A stretch of 64,000 nucleotides of DNA, filler included, from Sphacelaria rigidula (GCA_964200075.2; 10 parts of 10 records of this genome joined end to end with filler, not necessarily neighbours in it); one strand, 5' to 3'; positions 25,776-39,348 are shown, numbered from the whole stretch's first letter. A program made the numbers and translations. The notes: generated by a model from the sequence alone, not told the origin.

Positions 25776-26230
25776 TCAAAGTGTGAGAAAAAAAAGGAGG
25801 GTGAGAATAGGCGACAAAGGATACTTATCGAGAGACAGTGCATACCACAGTAGGTTCTGATATGTACACATCAATAGCCGTTGCCGCCATCAACATATGT
25901 AATTTACGGTCTATAAATAGCCATTACCGTCACCAGTAGATTTGGCACAGTCTATCGATATCCATTGCCGTATCAACAAATTTTGAAAGCTATCCATCGA
26001 TATATTCGGTCGATGGAAATAGCGGTCGGTGTAGAGTCACAACAGACTGGAGCTCAGGCAAAGCATAGGAAAGGAGTCTACTTATTACCAACGACAATAC
26101 TGGCGTACATTGCAGCAGTTTCTATTTCTATTGCCTCGTCTATTGTCTATCGTGCAGGGTGTGAGCCAAATGATTTTTTTTATTTACTGAACGAATCCAA
26201 CAGCACACATACCAAAAAAGGCGGTAAAGG

Positions 26231-26565
26231 TAGGGCAGGGTACTGGCGCAGCCAGTCTAAACAATATATACTGGCTGCATCAACACTCATTATAATCGAC
26301 CTTGCCAGTGCCTTGGATCCGCAGCGAAGCCCCGCTGGAGGCACTCCGCCGGAGGAAGAGCTTAACGCGATTTGGCCTCGCGACAAAATCGATTCGGCTT
26401 CACTTGCGGCGCAATTAGATGAGTTTCCGTTGAAGCATGAGGCGTTATAGTGGAATGTACGTAATAGGAGGGTGTTGACAGTACTGGCTGGTCTTTTTAC
26501 CAGTATCAGTACACTGGCAATACCAGCAGCACGGTCAGTGCGTACTGGTCCAGTACCCAGCCCTA
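26231..26565. mobile_element. hAT-type non-autonomous element (335 bp)
   Basis: TIRs TAGGGCAGGGTACTGG / CCAGTACCCAGCCCTA; 8-bp TSD GGTAAAGG / GGCAAAGG (1 mismatch); subterminal TACTGG repeats; internal LASALDPQ peptide. Confidence 0.8.
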
Positions 26566-26825
26566 GGCAAAGGGCTTCTGCTGGGTGCTGCATTCCCGCC
26601 GCCGGACTCCTAACTGGCATGGCTTCTGAGGGAATGCTACAACTACAATACGGTCATCAACGAAAGTGTTCAACTCAACATACAGCACCAGCACCTCCTT
26701 TCGGAGGAGCTGCGACGACCTTGCCACGGCTTAGGCGAATGCTACACACAAGAGAAACGCGGCATGCAACAAGTTGAACTCTCCAACAAGCATTGATGGG
26801 AAGTTAGACGTGGATTTCTACTTGC

Positions 26826-28991
26826 CTTGCATCCAAACTTTTCTCTGAAAACCATCCGCGAAAGCGCCCACGGCTGGTCCGGGTCGAACGCGGAGAGGAC
26901 GTTGATGTAGTTGTCCATGAGCACGTAATTATCATCTCCCAGCACAACGAACCACTTCTTGGTAGGGTAGGCCTCAAGCATGAGCCGAAGGCCTTCGAAA
27001 GCTTTACCAAGAGTGCTGAAGTAGTCGTCCTCCGGGATGCCGGTGTCTGGGAAACAAATCCAAAACCGACAAATTTACCCACGGCAAGATTTTTTGTTTC
27101 ACGCCCGGCGACATCGAGACAGTCGAAGGAAGCACGGAATTTATATGATTGTGCTTGCTGAAGCCAGGGGGGTTACTACATATTGAGAGAGAGAGCGTTA
27201 AGAGATCGCTCATGAAAGGTTTGGTGAGTACGCGTCTCGGTGAGCGCACATGGTGGAATTACCTGTGATTCCCCCAAATGGTATTCTGCCATAACCTCTG
27301 AATGAACAAAAACAAATAGAAGGCGTGCTCGTATTCAATTTTTGTTTTTCGATGCTTCCAACTTTCCATTTTAAATTAAAAAAATGGTACAGACGTGCAC
27401 TACAATACTACGTAGTCTCCACGACAAGTACGAGATGTCAGTAATCTATCCACTGCGGCACAGTTGGTAAGGTCGGTTATTACGATACGAGAAAAGCTGG
27501 AAGAAATTCCGGCAACAGCCTTTTCCCGACCACTTTTGTCGAAGAAAACAGTTTCCGGTCAAGGACTTGACCCTTTCATGGCCAGGGTGGGTGATGTGGG
27601 TCCCAGTCATCTTTCAAGCGAAAGCGATACCGATGCAACAGATGACCCACCCTGGTGGTCAAATGGTGAAAAATGTGTCCAGATCGGATTCTCCTCAATT
27701 TCAGAAAACTTGGCCTGATGTTTCAAAATCCTGATTCCGGGCTATCCTCCAGGTCCTTGATTCGCAAGATTATGATCTTCTGAAACTTGTTGATCTGCGC
27801 TTTCGAACAAGCCCACCTTGGTTGAAATTGGACGGAAAATATAAGGGACAATGCAATATTTGGTGGGATTACTAGTGCTTCCCTCGTACTTCGTGAGTCG
27901 TGCCCCCAACATTTGAGTCGAGGGGAGGAAAGGATCGGGAAGGTGGCACATGGACAAGGAACTGACTTTGGGGCGTTCCCGGGCAAGATGTTGCGCCGAA
28001 ATAAATCGATGGGCTCAAGACGGCATTCATCCATTGCTTAGCGGAACAACTCGTTGCTCATGACGCCAGGCTGAAAGGTAGCAATGTTTTTATGGAGCAT
28101 GAACTGACTGTGCTCTCTCAGTTGCCCATGACATGGTCCGTAGTCTATCGCTGGTGCCGTATATACAGAATGCTGAACGACATTTTCGCCCGAAAAAGTT
28201 CACACCACCACCGGTGCTCTCAGCCGCAGGTGAAATACATGCATACCAAGCGAATTTCTGCAACTTCAACTCCTGACACACAGACATGAAGACGGATAGG
28301 CAGAAAACCAATTCGTACCCAAAAGATGGGGATTCGACCCGGGCACCCCAGGTTTGAACAGCTTGCTATTCCTCGCTCCGACGGAAGACGTTAGCAACAC
28401 GATGTTAGAACCCGCCCCCCATGTGTCTAACAGTGGCTGTAGCCGCCCCTCCGTTGCCAGGCTATGCCACACGCCGAATACTACATCAGACGCTTCCAGA
28501 TCATATGCACAAGTGTCTCGCATGAGCTCCCTCGGCCGCTGCAATCCCCTCTTCTCATTCGAGCACTTCGCGGCGGATATCGTCTGTTGGAGGCATTGTC
28601 CCGCTCCTGCCGCCGACGGCCCTGCAGCTACCGAGTCGCTCCGCACGACAGATAACACGTTGTCTGGATGTCGTTTAGTCGCAATTGCTATGGGCTGACG
28701 TTCAGCTCCTCCCACATAACGATTGCCACCGCCCATGTTTCCCCAATGTACCCATGACAAAGGGGCCTGCTGCCCCGAGTGGTACTCGCCACGGAAGTGT
28801 GCGGGATAATGACTGTTAATTGATTCCTGTCGGCCCGTGAGGTTGACCAAGAGGTAGAAGCTGATGAGTTGAGTGAAGGCGAGAGATAATAGACCAACAG
28901 ATTTCCACGACAGCATAAAAGGGCAATGCCGATATACCGATTCTGCTGTTGATGCTGCGGGTTGCCGTGCTGACGACCGTGACGCTCGCAT
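26826..28991 (-). CDS. Fringe-like/GT31 beta-1,3-glycosyltransferase, 5' part; exons 28319-28991 and 26826-27046
   Basis: N-terminal TM anchor (VGLLSLAFTQLISFYLLV), DVVFGVWHS...RLQPLLDTWG, and after a phase-1 splice D|TGIPEDDY...YPTKKWFVVLGDDNYV...LSAFDPDQP (DxD-type region). Confidence 0.85.
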
Positions 28992-29316
28992 GGCTTTGCA
29001 GAGGGTCCAGCCGATCAGCGATAGTCCATATTGTGCCACTGCGGGGGAGCCACACGAGACCCAGGTGTAGCCCGAACCCGCGGTCGTACTATATCATGAC
29101 TTCCCGTGCGGTATAAAATGATACGGATCAAGCACGCAGGGTTAGACATGTGTCATCTCGACGGAACAGTAGACACAAATCTGTCGTTGCGTGCAAGTCA
29201 CACAGCCCCCCTCTGCTTCATTGGCCGTACAAAACACTGGGACTTTTTCAGAAGCTCCCTTGACTACAAACTTCCACAACCCAGGGCACCGACAGCTTGC
29301 TGCTGCACGCACAACC

Positions 29317-31337
29317 ATGGCTGACACTGCAACTACTCCGCTTGTTGCACGTTCAGATGCTTCCCCAGACAAGAGTTCGAATGTGGCAAACCTCGTGGCG
29401 TTTGTCATAAACTTCGTGGCCGTTTTTGCCCCCCAACAGTTCGGCAAGGACAACGCTCAGATATCTGGAGAACATCCCACTCTCGTCACGCCTGCGGGGT
29501 GAGGAAATGAGTTACTAGGTTGCGCTTGTTTCTACCGTTATTTCTGTACGAGATGATCTTGAATATTTCGTCGGCATCTCAACTAGGTTGGTATGCTGAA
29601 CTACTGCGTGCCAGGTGTCTGCTGTGTATGACACGTGGAACAAGCCCACGGGCAGGCAATTCCAAGTTTGACCGCTACAGTCAGTAATAGCTAACCGGTG
29701 CTGTATCCATTATCTATGCACACGCTGCACTCTTGGCTGACATCGGAGTGTTCGTGTGCGTGGTATACAGTCAGTAGTACTATCCATGTACATGAATTGA
29801 TTTGATGGGGTGGATATTAATAGGTGCTATGCTTGTTTCTGTTGTATTGTTTTTGTTTTATTCTCAGAGAACTACGTGCCCGCATTCTCTTATCGGTCAT
29901 CATCGGTGCCGCTGAAATCTGATGTGCCGAAAATCGTCCCACCCCCACAGTGACATAAATACATCGCAGTTGTCTACAGTTCGAATGTTGCATTTTTTGT
30001 GGCGGGGGGGGGAGGGGGTGGTTCCCTATCTGTACGTTTCAATTGCGCATGTACTGGTACCTTACTTACCGAGTATATATGTTTTCGCTTTCCTAGCAGC
30101 CTCCGCAAGGGGTTTTCCCAATTAGAGATTTGTGCTTCCGGTGTCTTTATTTCGTGATGGGGCACCCTGTGCGGTTCGCCCCATGGCTTTGGCATACCCC
30201 CACAAGAGGGGTGATGTTTATATGTGTTGTTGTGTGGAGATCTTCGATTTTTTTACCACGAGTCTCTGAATTAAAAAATGACGCCATTGAAAAAGAGAAA
30301 CACACCCCCTCCCGCTCCAGGCGGGTACCCTCGGCCGTACACGCGCACTTCCAATCGCCATTTCCGGTGCAAGGATTGCTCACTAGCGCAACATAAAATG
30401 AAGGAGAAATGCACAGGCACCTCTCTCGGCCTCTCATGTAAGGTTCATACAAGTTCCCGACTTCTAGCAGGGCTGCCAAGTGCTTGGACAGAGCTATTTG
30501 TACGAGATAGCCGTAGTATTGCTGAAGAAGTATCCCTCGTTGAGGAGAGGGGGGAGGCCGGGTCGTTTTAGGGGGTACGGCTCCTGGGAGAAATGCTTTG
30601 AGACCTCTTGCCTCCCCCCCGTCCCCCCGTCCCCCCCTCCCTCCTCCCCCACCTTTTTTTGTCACACTTTTAACTTCATCCCTTCCTCGGGACGAGTTCG
30701 CGGGTCCGAGGTATCAACCCATCTCTTCCTCGGTACAAGCCTTGCAATTTGGTATCGCGGATGTATCGGCTCTCCCGCATCATATTGTCCTTGTCATGTA
30801 ACCCTTTGAGCTACCCACGTTATCCCGTTTTTCAACGACAGAAATTATATCTTCTTCAGGAAAAACAAGACAAAACAGACGCATATGCCGGGAATCCAAC
30901 CTGCATTTTCCCGACCTAATGGTGTACTTGACGCCACTAGACCACCGAGGCGTGGTGGCTATTGCACTCTACAATCTGAAGAGAGGTATTCGTAGTCTAC
31001 AGCTACATATGCGACGTCTGCTGCAAGCGCCCCCGAGCTGTCATTTGTATCATTCTTGAACAATGGAAGAAACAAACTTGGAGGAATCGAACGACCCTTC
31101 CTGCTTCCTATCCTACTCGGGCGCACCCCACTTTGTCCCTGATGTGTCCGGGGTTTCGTGCGTGTATTTCCTCACATTCGTTTGTTTCCACTGTGCAGAT
31201 GGGCGTTCAGTATCTGGGGCGTTATCTTCACGTCCGAATTGGCATTCGCTCTGTGGCAATATTTTACTGCTGGCGGGCAATCAGACCTCGTGAAGAAGGG
31301 AGTCGGACCGTGGTTCGTCGTCGCTTGCATCGTCCAG
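29317..31337 (+). CDS. Multi-pass membrane protein of the TspO-like 'TPAGWAFSIWGVI' family, 5' part; exons 29317-29498 and 31199-31337
   Basis: Spliced MADTATT...ANLVAFVINF...ISGEHPTLVTPAG|WAFSIWGVIFTSELAFALWQ...VGPWFVVACIVQ with phase-2 GT-AG junction. Confidence 0.8.
30672..30952 (-). mobile_element. tRNA-derived SINE (family B with head)
   Basis: Minus-strand head CGCCTCGGTGGTCTAGTGG (box A)...GGTTGGATTCCC (box B-like), linked to the family B body. Confidence 0.6.
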
Positions 31338-31899
31338 GTGTGTGTAAGCGCCACGAACTAGTCCGAACGTCAAGATTGAGACGTTCCGAGATCAGCGCGG
31401 ATGTTAACATAATTAGTTGAGTGAGGTGGGGTAGCTACGGAGTTTTTGCAACAACAAAGTCTTTCGTACATGAATGACTTTGTTCTCCCTCTCCATGTCA
31501 TTTTACTCTCGATTTCGGGTGGTTCCTTCAAAATCCCATCTTGCAGGATAAGGGTTAGGCACGACAATAGCAAAACGAACCACGGTTCAAGCCACGCTTT
31601 GGTAGGGGAGGGGGGGGGGAGGTTGGTGAAGTCACAACAGAGTTTGTGCGAGAAGATAGCGTGTGTGTATACGTAAAAATGCCAAAACGCTATGTACTGA
31701 ACTATTTACCTGTATTTAACCCCCCCCTCCCCTGCTCCCCTCCTCCCCTCCATCGAAATCATGCAAGCACAAGAAGTCTCGGAAAATCGTTCCAATTTTT
31801 TTTTTCACGATGATTTTTTTAATGCAAGACACTAGGAGAAACTCGTTCCTACTTTTAATTGCGTCAGCTATAACGGCACAACCGAAACGCGTGATAGCT

Positions 31900-31965
31900 T
31901 GGGGGGGCGTACTCATTTGTTGCTTGCCTTAGTCATTTGACCATTGACCACGCATCCCTTTCGAG
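31900..31965 (-). mobile_element. LINE-like 3' tip with C-tract
   Basis: GGGGGGGCGTACTCATTTGTTGCTTGCCTTAGTCATTTGACCATTGACCACGCATCCCTTTCGAG; near-identical copy at 45192-45252. Confidence 0.75.
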
Positions 31966-32352
31966 NNNNNNNNNNNNNNNNNNNNNNNNNNNNNNNNNNN
32001 NNNNNNNNNTTAATTAATTAANNNNNNNNNNNNNNNNNNNNNNNNNNNNNNNNNNNNNNNNNNNNATTGTGGGAAAAACCTCAGTTGTAAATCCTCAGTT
32101 TTCCATCAACGGTTCCAAAAGGGTTAAGGTACACTGCAGTCGCCGCGCATGACTAGCTGTATTTGAGCTCTTGCTCCGGCCCTACATACAGGTGTAGTGG
32201 ATTTCGCCGGATTGCAGCCCTCAGCACTTTCTCCCCGCATAAATGTGGTTGTATATGAAGTGAATTACTCTAGACAACAGCCCTCTTACATTCGTGGGCC
32301 CAAAACATGTTCTTGTGTGCGTTGCCACGGTCCCGCCCGTCGCCGTGCTCAG

Positions 32353-33566
32353 GATGGAGACCACTCCGAAGAAGAAAGGAGCCATGAAGAAGGACATCAG
32401 TCGCGACGATGACGGCGAGGATGACAGCGACGACATGGTTGAAGAAGTCGTTCCCACGCCGGCGCAAAAGAAGAAGCAGCAAGCGAAGCCGGCTCAAAAG
32501 AAGAAAAAAGCGCAGAATAATATCAACGACGACGGCAGCAGCAGTGACGGAGTGGTCGAGGTCGTGCCCAGCCCGAAGAAGAAGCAAAACAGAAAAGAAA
32601 CGCCGCCCGCTAAAAAATCCCCGCGAAACACGCCCCGGAAACGCAAGGTCCCGGATGAGGACGATGACGAGGACGGCGAGGAAAAGGGAGTTTCCGGTCG
32701 CGGACGGAGGGCGGGGGGGGAAGTTGCGGCGTCTCCCGGTACGAGCAAGAGTAGGAAGGTGTCGGAAAGGGGCGGAGGAGGTCGGCGGAGTCCGCCGCAG
32801 AATTCTTCTACGCCGTCTGCGCGCAGCAAACGCAGCAGGACTGCGACCCGGAAGGTGGTTTACCGCGAGGACAGTGACGAAGGTGACGATGCAGTTGGTG
32901 GAGATGGTGACGATGATGATGATGACGCTTACAGCGACAAGGATGAAGATAGTAGTGAGGAAGATGGCGGTGACGATGATAAGGCGGAACTTGCCGACAC
33001 GTCAAGCGACGAAGAGGTAACACCGCCTCCCCCCAAGAAACCCGCCAAGGCACCAGCGGCAGTTGCAGAGAAAGATAGCGGCGGTTCCGGGAAGAAGAAA
33101 TCGGGCGGCGGGAGCGGCGGCGGTGGGTTCCGACCGTGGATGGGGGGTGCTAGGAAGGCTCCGCCAAACGAGGGGAAGAAGGAGGTGCCGAAGGGCGCCG
33201 AGCTGTGTCTGACGGGCAAGGCGTTTGTTGTGAGCGGGGTTCTTGATTCCCTGGGCCGGGAAGCCGCGGAGGATCTTATAAAAGAGGTGGGTGTGTTCTT
33301 TCGTGTTTTCTACTTCTGTTTCGGTTGATATGCGGGTGCCCTGTGCAGGTCTGTGTAAACCCTTGAGGGAGCGGAGTGGACTAGCCGGGGGTTAGGGCCC
33401 GTTGTGAATCGGCGTTTGTTTCCTCTTGAAAAGGACTGAAAATGATGCCGAATCACACATGGACCCTGCGTGCAGACCAGGCCTTCACCCCCTGGTGAGT
33501 GGAAAGCCGGGCCCGTAAGGGTTGACATCGATCCGTCACGCGTCCTGTGTTGTGTGTGCATGTGCA

Positions 33567-33597
<31 letters not shown>

Positions 33598-36500
33598 GTG
33601 CGTGAATGTTTTTTGCGTCGTGTCGTGTACCGTAGTGCGTTTTTTTTTCAAATCAAAAGGTGGTGATGATGTTCTCTGTCGTTCCTGTTACACGTCGAAA
33701 AACATGTTGTTCATTGCCCCTGATTGCATTGATCGTGGAATAAATACGGCTACATTTCTGCGGTTTGTGCAGAAATAAAGCGGGTAACTCGAGAACAACA
33801 TGCCTATTCCCCGGCGATGTCTTTTCTTGTTTTGTTTTATTTGTCGTACTTTCCGCCCTCCATCCCCTTTCCTTCCTGAGGACGAGCTTTGTCGTCTTGA
33901 CCCTTCCGGAACCGTTGATGGAGAAGTGACGATTTATAATTGACGTTTTCTTGGGCAAGATATGTTTTTTTTCCCTGCAACTGTTGATTCAGCCCACCAA
34001 AACGATGCACCACTCTAAGCACAAGTACACTAATGTGACAGATTCGTGCACCGAACTCGAAGTGACGTTTTTCCCGGTGACGAAAGCTCGCGTATGGGAG
34101 TTTGTACTGTTTTTCGCGAGTGAGTCCCAAAAGAGCTAAGCGAGGGACTCAATTTCTTCCTCTGTATGTACCTGTCTGGCATTGTTTGCTCGTGGAGCAT
34201 CGATCGGATCAGCACTCCCGTAACCCGTCGCCTTTGAAAAAAAAACATTTTTTTGATGCGCTCCACTGATTTCCACCGTAGAAAGCGTGAGAACGTGAGC
34301 AAACAAAGTAATCGACTGAGCTTGTCTAACGTGAGTTGACGCGGTGCGGGAGTGCTGACTCAATCCGGGAGACCAAAATGCACGGCGTGTACCGGGGGAG
34401 AGATTGGTTGATCCCTCAAGACCACGGACTCATCCCGAGGAAGGGGAGGGCAACAAACCCCCCTCCAAAACCCCCGAAAAAACCATGTCCTCACGCTCTC
34501 AGACGATGATGAAGAGCAGATGACTGATGCCCTAATAGCCCCCACCAGAAAAATGGCTGGTTTGAGTAGGCAAAATCTACATGTGAATCAAATCGACAAA
34601 AGACGAACATACCGAGCAGCTGGGAACTTCCACGCTTAGGATCGTTATCGCCAACAATGTTGCCCATATGAGGCGCTTCATGCAGTCTGAAGCCAGCTAC
34701 TGTGTGCTGTATGACCACTTTCTTCGTGGCAGTTTTGGAGGGTAGTTTGGGGGGGGGGGGCATCGTGGCGTTGCTCAGATTGTGCGTCAACATACCACCA
34801 CATATTTCGTGAGCCAAGGGTGAATCCACGAAGTTTCCTCCACACCTAACAGCTCATTGCATTGAGTTGCTGGTTTGTTTGACCACCAGATCGCGCCGGA
34901 AAGTAGTGGAGCGGGTACACCCTGGGCATTTTCCCTCCCCGTTTTCTTTGTCCCCATTTTCCCGTTTTTTTCACCTTCTTTTTTCTTGGCCCCCAATGTT
35001 TTGTCCCCCGTTATTTTTCTTTGCCCCCCCTCTTTCCCCCTTCCCCTCTTTCTCTTCATCGTGCCCATCCCTTTCCCCTTGTAATGTTTTTGGTTTTTGT
35101 GGTCAACATATGTCTGATTCTTCCCCTTTAATGGGACGAGTCAGTGGTCTCAAGTGATCAACTCATCCATCTCTCCCCGGGTACAATACCTGCTTGAACC
35201 CTGCTTGGTCGAGGGGTTGAATCAGTCCTCCCGCCAACCCGTCAATTTTCGTCGTGCTTTTTATTTGCTGCTTCCGTCCCCACGCTTTTATCGACGGGCA
35301 CGAACGACTATATTTTCTGGTCGAGAAGACCGCAGTCTGTCCCCGTCGGTGTATATCACCTTGACCGGCGGGGCGCGATGGCGGGCTGTTGTCGTGTCGT
35401 TCATGTTCTGTACTGTCTGTACGCCGTACAACTGAAACAGATTTTTGTTGAAGTGTTATCAAATGGTGTTTTGGTAAGACGCACTCGAAAGTCGTCCCCA
35501 AGACGTGAAAAGTTTTCGAGGGCTACTACTGCAACACAAACCCCCCATACTGTAGTGTACCGTACCGTACCGTACCGTAACATACATTACCGTTCCGTGC
35601 TGATTTTCTCTATACTGTACCACACTGTACCGCATCGTGCTGTTGTGTAATTTCCTGTACTGTTGTGCTACACTGTATTACACTGTACTGTACTCTACTG
35701 TACCGTACTGTACTCTACTGTTCCTTACCACTACCCTTCCCGATCACCATTTGGTCAGCTAACTATTAGTAACACTCTCTTTCATTCCCCCGTGCTACGT
35801 ATGTATATCTTTTCCCGCTTGCATGTTCGTTTTTTATTTTCTTGTGTGTCCCGATGGATCATGGTGACGTCCGCTCACCTACCTATAATAATAACCTTGT
35901 CAAATCGGTGGCAGTACGGCGGGAAAGTAACGGGGTCCGTGAGCAGCAAAACGACTTACTTACTGCTGGGGTCTGTGCTGGACGACGGCCGACCGCCAGA
36001 GGACGGCAGGTGCGAAACACACGGCGGCGTCTCTTGAATCCGCGAGACAGGCCACCACAGGCACTGTGTCGGTGCTCTAGCTGTACAGTCTGGGTTCGTG
36101 GATGTGCTGCAGTAGTGTGGAGCAGACGCAGGTTGATAGTCATGATTTAGAGAGAGTCAGTTTCTTTTTGGGGACCAGACAGCTGGCAAGCTGGTGGTCG
36201 TGGGAAATGAACTCTTGTAGATGTTGTCTAGGAGACCGGAATCACAGAATGTCAGGAACGTCAGGAACGTCAGGAACGTGCTCTCCGGATATCGAAATAA
36301 GATATTGCTTTCACCACGATTTTTTTTTAGCGCCTGGCTCGCACAGCAGTACTCTCGCAGGCTGACTAACTGCCTTTTAGGTATAACAATGATTCTGTTG
36401 CCTGGTGATGCGAATCGATTATGCATTGAGATACTTCGGATTGCGAATATTTAAGTGATCCCGAGGTCGTGATATACGTACCACACCAGACACTACGGCG

Positions 36501-38134
36501 TACCACAGAAGAAAAATGGCACACGGCAACACAGTTGATGATGAACCAAGTTTTGATAGGTTCGAATAGCTGGCGGCCTACCGAAACAGTCATACTCCAA
36601 TCAGAAGGCATTTCTCGTTGGTTCCTCGAGCCCGGCGATACTGCACTCACTGTCCATACTTCTGTCTATTTTCCATACCATTTATTGTCCACACACAGCT
36701 GCATGTATACTGGCGAATTCATCTTGATACCAAGATGCGATACCCACGACTTATCCTTTTGTGTCACATAAACAATACCTCTCTCACCATATTACACCCT
36801 TTTTGCGCTCGAAGTGACTGAACTTTGTATGTACATCAGTATGTTCGCCACGATCGGTCATTTTCCACGCCTTACTTACTATGTGTATGTGCCACGATGT
36901 CATCATCCATGAAACCAGCAAGTACAAGAAGGCTCAACAACACAAGACCAAGATCATTGACGAGGATGGGCTGTTCAAGATGCTCAGAGATTCCAATCCT
37001 AGTGGCGGGGCGTCCAGTAAAGCGTCGCCTGGAGTGCCGAGCACTCCCGCAAAGTCGAACAAGGTATACCCCGGGTACAGTAAAAACAAAATGGACAAGA
37101 TGAGGAGGTGAATAATAAGGAGCAATAGAATGGCAACGCTCAGTTTGGAATAGAAGAACAGGATTGCGCTGTACATGAGCAGTTGTTGAACGGGAATACA
37201 CTTGGAACGGAAAAATTCACAGCATTCAGCATCATGTGTGGGATGAGACCATATCTGCATGGCCCGACGACGTCCACGAAGAAGTTCGAAAGTGCGATTC
37301 CGGGTGGGAGACCTGGACCTACCAGAGAGACGAGAGAGGTACACCAGTTGTCGGGTGAAGGAGGGAGTATATGCACAGAATTAACCCTGTGGCAAGGCAA
37401 CAGAAAGTAGAACTCATATATTTGTACCGGGAGAACGTGAACCGTACAAGGAAGAACGGGACCTGTTCAAGGAGGCAATGTGGGAGGTAGGCGAAGGTGG
37501 TGTGGCATCGTTTGATGCATTAGGCAGTAGCGAGAGAACGATGGCTACACTAGGAGGTAGATGGTGACCACAGACGGCAAATCAGGAATGGGTGTGTGTT
37601 GTCATCCCATTTATTCTGGACGTCAGTCTACACCTTTCGGTGTGTGCGGGCGCATCAGCCGGGGTCATACAATGAGAAAGGAAAACACACGAGTTTTTTT
37701 TTTTCTGTTTTGTTCTGTTTTGTGCTCCATCTTCATTCTGCGGTGCTTGCCTCATGTTTCATCCCGACAGGGGTTCAGCAATCCCTTTCTCTGGATGAGA
37801 TGCGTAAAAAGTTTTTGTGTCATGTGGTGGTTGACGCCGAAATGTCGGTGGTGTCTCTACTAGGAATACGAACGGTGCTCCGTCTCGCAAGGGATGGGTG
37901 GCCAATGGTCAAAATGACTTGTGGCAAGTAACTAAAGAGGACACCCGCCCCCCCCCCCCGCGCGCCGTCTCTGTCCACGTTCAGCCGGCCGTTGTGACGA
38001 ACCCGTACTCCAAAGCTGCTGTGGCCAATCCATACGGCGCGAAGAAGGCGGCCAATCCCTACGCAGCTATTGCGAGCAAGGCGGGGGCGGGAAGCGGGGG
38101 AGCCAAGTCGCCTGGGGGCTCGAGTAACGGCAAG
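32353..38134 (+). CDS. RFC1: Replication factor C subunit 1, N-terminal/BRCT part; exons 32353-33286, 35915-36009, 36919-37063, 37985-38134
   Basis: Lys/acidic low-complexity N-terminus, then PPNEGKKEVPKGAELCLTGKAFVVSGVLDSLGREAAEDLIKE|YGGKVTGSVSSKTTYLLLG...DGS|KYKKAQQHKTKIIDEDGLFKML, the RFC1-type BRCT. All junctions GT-AG and in phase. Confidence 0.92.
37247..37960 (+). mobile_element. Decayed LINE-like 3' fragment in an RFC1 intron, interrupted by a SINE at 37591-37792
   Basis: YLHGP...RFRVGDLDLPERRERY...PCGKATESRTHI matches 19240-19756; after the SINE it resumes with the 3' tip and ends in a C-run. Confidence 0.75.
37591..37792 (-). mobile_element. 5'-truncated SINE family A
   Basis: GTGTGTGTTGTCATCCCATTTATTCTGGACGTCAGTCTACACC...CTGCGGTGCTTGCC matches 16097-16285. 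Confidence 0.75.
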
Positions 38135-38881
38135 GTGATCGATTGGATTTTTTATTTATGAGGGATCGATCAATGAATTACCGCACATTTAATTGACCTG
38201 GGGCGAAGGAGTACAGCCTTGCTTGAGTCACGGAGTATGAACAACGTACAGTACAGTAGACATTTTCTGTGATACCCCCCCCCAAAAAAAAAAAAAAACG
38301 TCAATGGCCAAACGACTAAGGTAAGCAACAGAAGGGGACATACCCCCAAGGGGAAAGCGTTGGCACTGTCCCACGTAANNNNNNNNNNNNNNNNNNNNNN
38401 NNNNNNNNNNNNNNNNNNNNNNTTAATTAATTAANNNNNNNNNNNNNNNNNNNNNNNNNNNNNNNNNNNNNNNNNNNNATTAAACCCCATGTCTAGTAAT
38501 TCCTACACCTGAGGGAGATAGCGCCAATACCTTGCCAATACTAAAATCTCTATAAAACTCCCGATCGATGCATTTAGTGGATGGCGACGAACTTTGGTGT
38601 GGAGAACCAGAAAAGAGTGCCGTATAAAATAAAAAATGGGCCTTCATTTTTCTTTTTTTTAAATGGAGCTTAGGGCGTTTTTGTGAAAAAATAGTCTTCA
38701 CCATAGTAGAACGCCCTAAACCAGTGAAAAAAATTGAAAAAAATAAACCTGACCCATTCTTCTTTGTTGAATATGCCTTAGAGAGCGCCCATACCAAATT
38801 TCAATACACGAAAATCAAACGTGGGCCGGTGAGTGGCCTGCAAAATAATGTTCCGAATTTCCCGTCGACCCGGTTTTTGAT

Positions 38882-39155
38882 GGGCCCATGCTCTTTTATA
38901 CATTTAGAGTTGGACCCTGAAATTTGGTATGGACAGTGCATAGGACATAAAAAATAAATTTACTGGAGTACCAGACGTGTTTTTTTCCCCATGAGTTAAG
39001 GGCAATAATCGGTTTTCAGGTATCAGTAAAATGCCCCTAATTCATGAAGAAAAATATATATATATTTTGGTACCGAAGTAATTTTTTTATGCCTTATGCA
39101 TTGTCCACACCAAATTTCAGTGCCCAACTTTAACTGTATGAAAGAGCATGGGCCT
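38882..39155. repeat. Imperfect inverted repeat (about 120-bp arms), MITE-like
   Basis: GGCCCATGCTCTTTTATACA...TGAAATTTGGT pairs with ACCAAATTTCA...TGTATGAAAGAGCATGGGCC. Confidence 0.7.
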
Positions 39156-39348
39156 GCAAACTTCAAATCTGCCTCTAGGCTGGCCCTGCTCGTAGCTTTA
39201 TTGTTCTGTAAGTCTTCTCCGCACGCCACGAATTATAAATCCAAGTTGAAGCCAGCTAGGAACAGAAATGTGGTGGACCCACCAGATCATCAAGAAAAAT
39301 TCGACCGAACTTGTTCGATCGAAAAAAATGTGCCAAGACACGCTTTAA

